Notes under the pieces: generated by a model
Database searches by the model: none
Told to the model about the DNA's origin: nothing
Seen by the model: only the letters and a program-made list of their open reading frames with translations
Made by a program: the position numbers and the translations under genes
In this document: positions 16,045-23,663 of the stretch, piece after piece
Numbering within the stretch: position 1 is the first letter of the stretch
How the letters are laid out: every line of letters starts with the position of its first letter
NCBI RefSeq assembly: GCF_035285525.1
Contig: NZ_JAYKGW010000030.1
Coordinates: forward strand, 1 to 23,850
Length of the DNA stretch: 23,850 nucleotides
Direction of reading: 5' to 3'
Origin: Okeania sp.
GTDB lineage: Bacteria; Cyanobacteriota; Cyanobacteriia; Cyanobacteriales; Microcoleaceae

Positions 16045-16145
16045 AGGACTTAAGCAAAGCAACCAAGAAACCAGGTTTATTGCCCTGATATTCAGGTTTA
16101 AATCACAAAATTTCGGCAAAGAAATCCGGTTTTTGTGTAAGTTCT
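16045..16145. mobile_element. Degenerate GGACTTACGCA-family MITE (termini AGGACTTAAGCA / TGTGTAAGTTCT)
   Basis: It has the same flanks as the 12138 copy (CTAAATC before, ATAA after). It contains degenerate GAAACCnGGTTT motifs. Confidence 0.6.
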
Positions 16146-16220
16146 ATAAGTAATAGGATATTTACTTCCGTAAAACGTTATACACCTTACAGGTTTCAAA
16201 TTATATGGAGAATAAATGTA

Positions 16221-17303
16221 ATGCCAATTCAACGTCAGTACAGTTTACCTAACTGCAAATTGATTTTGCAAGGCTTAAGTGATACTGAAGGAACCAACTT
16301 AAATCCAGGCAAAGTATTATCTATATTAATGAGTGCTGAATGTCATATTTATGGCCAAGAGTCACCATTAACTGGGGGACAAGATTTTTTTGAAAGTTTG
16401 GTCAGACAAGTTAGTAGCTATGCTCAGGAATTTCTCAGTGGTATATCTTCCCCTAGACACCATAGTGGAAAACAAGAGTTACTAGAGTTACATAGAATAG
16501 ATGCTAATCTCCACAGATTAACTATCTTTGATGGTAATGTTTCTAGGGGGAATATGGCCGAGCAAAAACCCGGAAGAACTATTGATTTAACTACAGTTCA
16601 GTTATTTGATTTAGTTGAGGCGATAGACCAGTTTTTTGCTGACTCTCTGACTTTACCAGGCTTCTCTTTGGCAGTAAAACCTGTTTCTCGAAGAAAAGCC
16701 AAGTCAGGAGAACCTATAGCCGAAAAAGTTTTACCAGTTGCTGTGGGAATGTCGGGTTTAGCAGTAGCAGCGTTGGCTTTATTCTTTGTACCTATTCCAG
16801 AAGTACAACGTCCGAAGGAACCTCAACCACAATCAGATGAAAGTGTGGGTAATCTAGAGACATCTCCTAAAAATACCCCAGAACTTGGTTTGAACCCGGT
16901 TCCCGTTTCTGAAGGTTTAGACTCTTCTCGGGAATCAACTGGTATAATAGATGATTCTGAGCAGATAGAAACAAAAGAAAATTCAGAGTTATCTTTGACT
17001 ACCAGTAGGGAAATTACAGATCCAGCAGAGATTGAAAGATTGCAAAGTTTACTTTATGATGCTATTGATGAGTCTTGGACTATAGAAATCAACGCAGATT
17101 TAGTTTATAGTGTAACAATGACTGGCGATGGTTATATTACTGGCTACAAACCAATAAATCCTGCTGCTGCTGATGGGGTTGATAAAACTCCTTTGCCAGA
17201 TTTACTGAACCAAAAGGCAGTTGGTAGAGGTAATAGTCAGTCCACGGCTAAGTTTAAGGTTTTTTTCAGTGCACAAGGTTTTCTAGAAGTAGAACCTTGG
17301 TGA
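16221..17303 (+). CDS. Cyanobacterial conserved protein, DUF4335-like, with a central TM helix and a low-complexity acidic/Ser-Pro linker
   Basis: 360-aa ORF. The N-terminus MPIQRQYSLPNCKLILQGLSD matches my recollection of the DUF4335 family signature (..RQYSLPNC.L.LEGL). The TM segment is VLPVAVGMSGLAVAALALFFVPI. Confidence 0.7.
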   Translation: MPIQRQYSLPNCKLILQGLSDTEGTNLNPGKVLSILMSAECHIYGQESPLTGGQDFFESLVRQVSSYAQEFLSGISSPRHHSGKQELLELHRIDANLHRLTIFDGNVSRGNMAEQKPGRTIDLTTVQLFDLVEAIDQFFADSLTLPGFSLAVKPVSRRKAKSGEPIAEKVLPVAVGMSGLAVAALALFFVPIPEVQRPKEPQPQSDESVGNLETSPKNTPELGLNPVPVSEGLDSSRESTGIIDDSEQIETKENSELSLTTSREITDPAEIERLQSLLYDAIDESWTIEINADLVYSVTMTGDGYITGYKPINPAAADGVDKTPLPDLLNQKAVGRGNSQSTAKFKVFFSAQGFLEVEPW

Positions 17304-17427
17304 ATATTAACCACAATGGATAATGAAAGATGATGTTATCTGTCATAGCCGTCGCGAGCAAGATGCAGGATTCCCGAAAAATCGCACTGATATTTTCATC
17401 ATTTATCTGTCCTGAAAAAAACCAGTA

Positions 17428-17547
17428 GTAGGTTGGGTTGAGGGACGAAACAAGGGCAATAATTTTTACTCCCCGACTCCCCAACTCCCTAATGCACCAT
17501 TTTAGATGAAACAGTTCAGTAGGTTGGGTTTCGTCCCTCAACCCAAC
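17428..17547. repeat. Split hairpin repeat: GTTGGGTTGAGGGACGAAAC (17432-17451) is perfectly complementary to GTTTCGTCCCTCAACCCAAC (17528-17547), across a 76-nt spacer containing CTCCCCGACTCCCCAACTCCCTAA heptamers
   Basis: Direct read. Both arms are preceded by CAGTAG(TA)GGTTGGG. The right arm alone also folds (GTTGGGTT/AACCCAAC). Confidence 0.8.
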
Positions 17548-17552
17548 AATAG

Positions 17553-17642
17553 ATGTAGCTTGCTTCTCCGTAGAAGTAACTCAACAATAGTCAAGTTTTA
17601 TTGGGTTTGATTATGATACCACTACGGGTCAGCAAGCTACAT
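17553..17642. other. Long imperfect hairpin: a 12-bp stem ATGTAGCTTGCT/AGCAAGCTACAT, a 3x3 internal loop, then a 6-bp stem CCGTAG/CTACGG, with a 48-nt apical region. It could be a MITE or a small RNA.
   Basis: Direct read of the complementary arms at 17553-17573 and 17622-17642. It has no ORF. Confidence 0.5.
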
Positions 17643-17726
17643 TTTTAGGTATGTTAGTCCAGTAGCACTTATCTCTAAACCAGTTTTTAAGGTAGGATTC
17701 AAATTGAAGTCACTAATAAAAAGGCC

Positions 17727-17978
17727 GTGAGTAAATCTTCTACTACTCGGATTAATTTTAGGTCTCCGGGAATAGATTTGTTAATACTATGCTTAATATT
17801 TAGATTATTACTACTGGTGGTAGCTAGTGGCTTTTCCTGGGTGTTGGGAATGGCAATCGCTGTTCAATATCCTTCTAATTCTCAAGAGATACCAATAGTA
17901 GAAAAGTTTTTTCATGGAAGTAATGACAGAGAGAATATTTCAAGAACCTTTGCCCTAATTTTTAAGAGCTACCTCTAA
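17727..17978 (+). CDS. Possible small membrane protein (83 aa, GTG start)
   Basis: It has one strong hydrophobic stretch (IDLLILCLIFRLLLLVVASGFSWVLGMAIAV). I recognise no homology, and the start is non-ATG. Confidence 0.3.
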   Translation: MSKSSTTRINFRSPGIDLLILCLIFRLLLLVVASGFSWVLGMAIAVQYPSNSQEIPIVEKFFHGSNDRENISRTFALIFKSYL

Positions 17979-18259
17979 ATAGGGTGTGCTGATTGATCGG
18001 AAACCGTAAAAGTCTTTTTGTCAGGAGAGGAGCCAGAACCCAGAATCCAGGAGGAATCAGAATTTATAGAAGAGGTAGCCAGAATAATCGGAGCTAGTGA
18101 TTTTCTTCCCTATCTTGCCCAAAATCCTAGATTTTTCAACCGAAATTACCTAAAAGCTGGTACTTTATTAGTACCTGCAAAGCTTAAAACCTTTACCTGT
18201 CAATGCTTTTATATTTAATCAGCAAGCCCTAAATAGGGTTTGCTGATCAAGTCTTTCTT

Positions 18260-18310
18260 TTCCCACACTTCCCACCCTTCCCACACTTCCCACACTTTCC
18301 ACACTTTCCC
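18260..18310. repeat. Nonamer tandem repeat TTCCCACAC (about 5.5 copies)
   Basis: Direct read, downstream (3') of the 18355-18591 gene. Confidence 0.9.
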
Positions 18311-18354
18311 GCTTCTCGTAACTCTTAACTACTCCCTACTCGCTAAAACCCTAA

Positions 18355-18591
18355 TTAAGCCTTAGGTTGTTGGATAGCAGAATTCAACTTATTGAGAGCT
18401 TGATCAATTTTCGACAATTCTGGATGTTGTTCTAATTTGGCCTTTACTTTAGCCTTGGGTATTTTTACTTTCTTGGCGTGTTCTTGAACTTCATTAATAA
18501 TGCGTTCCCGATATTCTTCTAATCCTTTGATTACTTCTTCTATTTCTTGGGTTGTTGTTTGTGCAGTATTCGCTTCTAAAGTTTCAGACAT
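18355..18591 (-). CDS. Small charged coiled-coil protein (78 aa), hypothetical
   Basis: ATG-start ORF of clean helical, charged composition. It is divergent from the HEAT-repeat gene. I cannot name a family. Confidence 0.55.
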   Translation of the reverse strand: MSETLEANTAQTTTQEIEEVIKGLEEYRERIINEVQEHAKKVKIPKAKVKAKLEQHPELSKIDQALNKLNSAIQQPKA

Positions 18592-18700
18592 AATAACTTT
18601 TAATTAATTTTGGTATTTTGCCAAAATTAATCATCCCAGACTTGGGGATTAGTTGCTAGTATTTGTAAAGAAACGTAAATAAAATTAAGCAGATTTTAAT

Positions 18701-19360
18701 ATGGAGATTAACCAAATTCAGGTATACTTAGAAAGCTCTGATTCTCAGGAAAGATTAAAAGGGCTGACTGAGTTAAGGAAATATGAAAGTGAAATAGCAG
18801 TTCCCCTTCTCAAAACTAAACAGCGTGACCCAGAATTTTTAGTCCGTTCATTCGTAGCGATGGGATTAGGTAATAAACGCACCCCTGAAGGTTTCCGGAT
18901 ATTACTAGAAATGATGAAAAATGACCTAGACTATAATGTGCGAGCAGAAGCAGCAAACTCCCTATCTAAATTTGGAGCAGAAGCAGTTCCCTTTTTAGTA
19001 GAAAAATTTCGCGAAGATGATAATTGGTTGGTGCGTCGGAGTATTCTTGCTCCTTTGATGGATATGCCATTTCCTGAAGCTTTATATGACGTTTGTATGT
19101 GCGCGATCGCTGGTGAAGATATGACAGTAAGGGAAGTTGCCATTAGTGGTTTAGGTGCGTTAGCGGGGACTAAGAAAGAAAAGGATGCTTTGGAACAACT
19201 ATTAGCTTTTGTCAGTTCTAAATTTTGGAATATTCGGTGGCGAACAGCTCAAGGGTTAAGTAAATTTGATGATCCTCAAGCAAAAGCAGCTTTGAATTAT
19301 CTTAGCAAAGATGAAAATCATAAAGTAGTTGCTGTAGCTTTGGAAGGTTTAATGTTGTAA
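18701..19360 (+). CDS. HEAT-repeat protein (PBS-lyase / NblB-like HEAT repeats)
   Basis: 219-aa ORF with repeated units of about 31-38 aa carrying the D..VR..A..ALG pattern (FLVRSFVAMGLG, YNVRAEAANSLS, WLVRRSILAPL, TVREVAISGLG, NIRWRTAQGLS, HKVVAVALEGL). Confidence 0.8.
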   Translation: MEINQIQVYLESSDSQERLKGLTELRKYESEIAVPLLKTKQRDPEFLVRSFVAMGLGNKRTPEGFRILLEMMKNDLDYNVRAEAANSLSKFGAEAVPFLVEKFREDDNWLVRRSILAPLMDMPFPEALYDVCMCAIAGEDMTVREVAISGLGALAGTKKEKDALEQLLAFVSSKFWNIRWRTAQGLSKFDDPQAKAALNYLSKDENHKVVAVALEGLML

Positions 19361-19616
19361 AAAGACAGAAAGCAGGGAGCAGAAGGAGTAAATAATTAGG
19401 TAGTGGTTTACAAGTAGTGATACTCTCAAAAAAAGTCAATTAGTCAAGGGAATAAAATTTCTTTCAAACTAAAAATTGAGGTAATTTATGTTCCCTGTTT
19501 TCTGTTTCTTAAAAGCGATAAATTTTGGCTTTCTTAACAATTGAGATGCACCCAAATAATTATTTTTACTAAGCGACAAAAAGTGAAGAAAATTAACAAT
19601 TTCTTGGAAGTTTAAA

Positions 19617-20339
19617 TTAAAGATTCTCGTTCCCTTCTATTAACACTAAAAATTCATACTCAAATCCACGCAGATAAGAATCTAATTGTAAAGTATATTC
19701 TCCACCCACAGGCATAATACTTGTCCATTCACTTTCATTGCCTTCCACATTAGGTTCCCTGGTGATCAGTAGGCCATCAGGATTAATAATTGCGGGAAAG
19801 ACATCTCCTAAATTTTTGATAGTTAGGGTCTGACCCTGAATCATCCTCACTCGGTAGTTATGACTTCCACTACCAATAATCTCACCTCTAACAATAGCTG
19901 TGTCGCTTTTTGGGGAGAAGGTAATGGTCTTATCTACCATTGCACAACTATTACGAGTTCGGTTCTTGGCAACCCAACCTTCAACAGGATTAGTAATTTG
20001 TAGCCAACCAGATTGTTCATCTGCGACAGAAACATAGGTATTATTGTTAAGTTCACCAACTATATTACCTTGTTGAACTTCTGGACTCCTACGAACATTC
20101 AGAGGTGGGTCAAGGTCGTAAACTATGGCCATACTAATTTTGCAGCCAGATGTTGGTGGTGTAATTACAACTGGACTAGATTCTTGACTAACTAAAACTG
20201 AGTTGTTGTGCAGCCTTGTTATCGAAAAATAATTACTAACAAGTTCTGAGGAACCAGACTGAATTGTGAAATAAGCTATAGAAGCAGCACTAGCAAGTCC
20301 AGTTATTCCAATAATGAGTTGTATTTTATTGAATGACAT
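19617..20339 (-). CDS. Membrane-anchored or secreted SH3b-domain protein with a C-terminal beta-rich domain
   Basis: 240-aa ORF with an N-terminal hydrophobic anchor (IQLIIGITGLASAASIAYF). An SH3b-like segment follows (LNVRRSPEVQQGNIVGELNNNTYVSVADEQSGWLQITNPVEGWV), then a region of roughly 100 aa with alternating beta-type pattern. Confidence 0.7.
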   Translation of the reverse strand: MSFNKIQLIIGITGLASAASIAYFTIQSGSSELVSNYFSITRLHNNSVLVSQESSPVVITPPTSGCKISMAIVYDLDPPLNVRRSPEVQQGNIVGELNNNTYVSVADEQSGWLQITNPVEGWVAKNRTRNSCAMVDKTITFSPKSDTAIVRGEIIGSGSHNYRVRMIQGQTLTIKNLGDVFPAIINPDGLLITREPNVEGNESEWTSIMPVGGEYTLQLDSYLRGFEYEFLVLIEGNENL

Positions 20340-20550
20340 AAATTTTACTTAATTTATCAAGAGCAAAAATGGGACTTGGAGACCAAACCCTTATGCTTCA
20401 ATACTACAACATAATTTAATTGATAATTGATAATTGATTATTGATAATAAAATAATTTTTTATATCTCTAATTTTTTATCTGACTCTCTAATACTCTAAT
20501 TATCCATTATCCATTAATAATAAGCCATATCAAAATAGAGTGATATAAAG

Positions 20551-21903
20551 GTGCAAAGAAATCGCAATAAACTATTAGATAAAGTTAAGAAAGAAGTTAT
20601 GGAACTGCGATCGCAGTCTCTACATAATGCAGTAATAATTAATCTGCTTCGTGAGCAACCATCCCAACAATTAAAACGTTCTTGGGATATAGAAATAAAA
20701 GTAGGAAAGCGACCTATTTTTCAACTCCCTGCGAAAGTAAATATTATGCAAGTTTTTGACCGCATGAAAGGAAAATTACTTTTATTAGGAAATTCTGGAT
20801 GTGGCAAGACTACAACTTTACTAGAATTAGCCAGAAAACTTATAATTCGAGCGGAAAAAAATCCAAATACACCTATACCAGTATTATTAGACCTGGCGAC
20901 ATGGCAAAATCATCATCAGAAAATTTCAAATTGGTTAGTTAATCAAATTAATATTAAATACAATATTCCTCATCAAGTTACGATAAATTGGCTAGAAAAT
21001 CGGCTACTATTACCTTTAATAGATAGCTTCGACCAAGTACCTACAGAATTATCAGAATATTGTTTAGAAGGAATTAATAAATTATCGGTAGATTTTCAGC
21101 CAAAACACTTAGTTATTTGTAGTAGTTTTACCGCTTATAAAAATTGTTATAATAAGTTTAGAGTGAATGCTGCTGTTTTATTAAAACCTTTAAAAACAAA
21201 TCAGATTCAAGATTATTTATTGGTGGCTAGAAGTCGAGAACTTTGGAGTTATATTCAAGATGAACCAGAGTTATTAAATTTAGCTAAAACACCATTAATG
21301 TTAAGCATGATGACTTTAGCTTATGAAGAAATTTTGATGGCTGCTTGGATGAGAATTACTTCTAAACAGGAAAAAGAAAAATACTTATTAAATGCTTATA
21401 TTCGTTCTCAGTTAGGGGTAGAAAATAACTATAGATTTTATTCTAAACGTAAGGAACCACTACCAGAACAAACAAGACGATGGTTGTCATGGTTAGCCAA
21501 ACGAATGGCGGCAGAAAATCTTCAGGAATTTAGAATAGAAAAACTTCAGCCAAGTTGGTTAAATTATCATGGTGAATTACAGGCATATCAGTTAACAACT
21601 AATTTAATTAGTTTGATTAGTGTATTATTTTGGGGGTTTGCTTTTGGGTTTATTTTAACTTTGATTTGGCAATGGCAATTAGGGTTAATTGGTGGTGCTA
21701 TTAGTGGATTAATTGGTGGTATATTGAGTTTGCCAGGAATCAAAAAATTGGTGCTGCGAATTATTTTATTTAGTCATGGGCATATTCCTTGGAATTATCG
21801 TCGTTTTCTCAATTATTCTGCTAGTAAATTATTGTTACAAAAAGTAGGTAACAGATATCAATTTATTCATTATTTATTGTATAAACATTTTCTGGAAATG
21901 TAG
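20551..21903 (+). CDS. NACHT-family STAND NTPase with a C-terminal transmembrane glycine-zipper hairpin
   Basis: 450-aa ORF with a GTG start. It has Walker A GNSGCGKTT (aa 80-88), Walker B LLLPLIDSFDQ (aa 152-162) and the NACHT-type LAKTPLMLSMM motif. Two predicted TM helices span aa 349-396 (LISLISVLFWGFAFGFILTLIW, LGLIGGAISGLIGGILSL), followed by the tail IPWNYRRFLNY...VGNRYQFIHYLL. Confidence 0.8.
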   Translation: MQRNRNKLLDKVKKEVMELRSQSLHNAVIINLLREQPSQQLKRSWDIEIKVGKRPIFQLPAKVNIMQVFDRMKGKLLLLGNSGCGKTTTLLELARKLIIRAEKNPNTPIPVLLDLATWQNHHQKISNWLVNQINIKYNIPHQVTINWLENRLLLPLIDSFDQVPTELSEYCLEGINKLSVDFQPKHLVICSSFTAYKNCYNKFRVNAAVLLKPLKTNQIQDYLLVARSRELWSYIQDEPELLNLAKTPLMLSMMTLAYEEILMAAWMRITSKQEKEKYLLNAYIRSQLGVENNYRFYSKRKEPLPEQTRRWLSWLAKRMAAENLQEFRIEKLQPSWLNYHGELQAYQLTTNLISLISVLFWGFAFGFILTLIWQWQLGLIGGAISGLIGGILSLPGIKKLVLRIILFSHGHIPWNYRRFLNYSASKLLLQKVGNRYQFIHYLLYKHFLEM

Positions 21904-21928
21904 TTGGTATTTCTGCTTTATGCAATAC

Positions 21929-22616
21929 TTTATGCAATACTTGTTCAGCAGTTAATTCTAATCCCTCAAATAGAGAATCTATGAGGATAGTATTTCCCAT
22001 ATATACCAATGTGCACTGGCACGCTTTACAAATTGCAGGAGCTGTCCAATAGATAAAAGCCTTATATTATCGGCGATTCATTCTTTCTGTTCCCTCCATA
22101 CCTGTTCCCTCCATACCTGTTCCCTACGCGCAGCCCTATAAGTTTGTGGCGGTGCATCTGGATAAAAAAACTGTAATACTCCTAGCTTGACTATCAATAA
22201 TCGAGACCCTTAATACCCCTACATCTAAATAATCTCTAGCTTTAGCCGTAAGTTGACCAAATGTTTGACTAGGAGAAATAATTTCTATGACTAAATCTGG
22301 CGGTACAGAACAAGCAAAATCTTCTTCCCAATCTTCAGAAAAATGTTCGGCAGCAAGATATAATAAATCTGGTACTGGTATCTAATCTTTTCCTTTTTTT
22401 GCTTAACTTAACTGCTAATTCTGGATAAACTTTTCCTTTTCCTTCACACCATTCATCAATTAAATATAATAATCCACGAGTTAGTTGAGAATGAAATTTT
22501 TTGGGTGACATTTTAGCTACAGCTTTTCCATCAATAAATTCATAAGTAATATCTCCATCTCCTGGGAAAAGTTCCAGAAAATCTTGTCATGTAAGTCTAT
22601 CTTTTGTTTGTACCAT
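21929..22616 (-). pseudogene. Uma2-family (DUF820) endonuclease pseudogene with nonsense codons, homopolymer frameshifts and a repeat insertion
   Basis: ATG at 22616, then MVQTKDRLT, then TGA (22589-22587), then QDFLELFPGDGDITYEFIDGKAVAKMSPKKFHSQL...ELAVKL. A frame change follows at an A7 run (22394-22400). A TAG (22384-22382) then sits where Trp is expected in GKD-W-IPVPDLLYLAAEH...PPDLVIEIISPSQTF...LRVSIIDSQARSITVF. A second frame change follows at a 7-nt homopolymer run (22164-22170). A 15-mer x2.7 repeat lies at 22087-22127. The C-terminal remnant IDSLFEGLELTAEQVL lies near 21940-21990. Confidence 0.75.
22087..22127. repeat. 15-mer tandem repeat CTGTTCCCTCCATAC (2.7 copies) inserted within the Uma2 pseudogene
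   Basis: Direct read. Confidence 0.9.
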
Positions 22617-22943
22617 TTTGTCTATTTTAGGATATACTATATAACGATAATTTTGATAGAGCGATCGCTTATTCTTTGTAAGCATTTCCTCCGAAATACT
22701 GCGCCCAATTAGTAGTCAGCTCAAGGGCAACAAAAATGAATTAGGCAAGCACTATTTTAACTTCTTAGCCAATCCTATTATTATCAAAAAAGAGGTGATT
22801 ATTAATTGTTAATTATTGGATCCATTTTTCCTAAAAATATATTTATTGCCGATTTTTAACTATTAAAAAATTCCATTTTTTTATGACCAAAACATTTCTG
22901 CAAAGCATAGAGAAAGTGATGGAAAAACCAAAGGATTAATTAC

Positions 22944-23303
22944 TTAATTATCTGATAAAATAGTTTCTAACTTATAACCTTTTGGCGTAGGATAACAATA
23001 GATATAAGCTTGACGATTACTTACATCTAAAACCCAATATTCAAAAATATTTGCTCTGGCATCAATAAGTGTTTTTTCTTCCCTATCTATTTTTAAAGTC
23101 ATGTCAGAAATTTCGATTAAAAAGAATATTTCCTTTGGACTGGGATGACAATTACCATAAGCTTGTGGCGCGATTTTTATTATAGCAATATTTGGTTCTG
23201 GCTCAGAAGTTGATAATGTAACTGGTAACTGCATTCTAACATGAGCTTCCTGAGTTAATTGAGCTTTTAAATAACAGGTATAAGAATACCGTGGTCTATC
23301 ATT
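22944..23303 (-). pseudogene. Second Uma2-family endonuclease remnant (central and C-terminal core only)
   Basis: The open frame ...YSYTCYLKAQLTQEAHVRMQLPVTLSTSEPEPNIAII...HPSPKEIFFLIEISDMTLKIDREEKTLIDARANIFEYWVLDVSNRQAYIY carries the Uma2 E..PD / E.SD...DR..K motifs. A stop lies upstream at 23306-23304, so roughly 70 N-terminal residues are missing. It also stops prematurely relative to family length. Confidence 0.65.
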
Positions 23304-23401
23304 TTATGGTATTCTGTTATTGTTCACAAACAAATTTTGGTGGTTGTTATTAATATAAACTCCTATTTTATATAAGTATATTAATCCTAAATAGGTTGAT
23401 C

Positions 23402-23457
23402 GTAGGGGTTTGGTCTCCAAACCAAAATGCCAAGGGATTGAGAAACCAAATCCCTAC
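23402..23457. repeat. Degenerate copy of the GTAGGGGTTTGGTCTCCAAA hairpin element
   Basis: The left arm is identical to 9504-9523. The right arm is decayed (TTGAGAAACCAAATCCCTAC). Confidence 0.8.
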
Positions 23458-23509
23458 AATTTTTTTTCAGGAATGATTTGATATTGCTATAGATTTATCC
23501 TTTATTAAC

Positions 23510-23598
23510 AGGACTTACGCAAATGTACTATATATAGAGTAAAAAAACTATAACGTTATAGTTTTAAGTACCATATCTAGGGTTGCTCCGTAAGTCCT
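23510..23598. mobile_element. Short GGACTTACGCA-family MITE (89 bp)
   Basis: The termini are AGGACTTACGCA / CCGTAAGTCCT. The AT-rich palindromic interior (CTATAACGTTATAG) differs from the other copies. Confidence 0.65.
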
Positions 23599-23663
23599 GT
23601 ACTATTTTCCCAAAATACTGCTATATTAATCTTTGGTTGATTAATATCTGACAACATTTTAAT

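Noticed and set aside
17266-17541. 91-aa minus-strand ORF downstream of the DUF4335 gene
   Set aside because: It spans the split GTTGGGTT hairpin repeat and heptamers and overlaps the 3' end of the DUF4335 gene. It is repeat-derived.
18018-18218. 66-aa TTG-start ORF
   Set aside because: It is bounded by a direct repeat CTAAATAGGGT(G/T)TGCTGAT (17975-17993, 18229-18247), suggesting an inserted non-coding segment. It has a weak start and no homology. I kept it only as a remote possibility.
18931-19143. 70-aa minus-strand ORF inside the HEAT-repeat gene
   Set aside because: It is the antisense shadow of a supported CDS.
20013-20195. 60-aa plus-strand ORF inside the SH3-protein gene
   Set aside because: It is the antisense shadow of a supported CDS.
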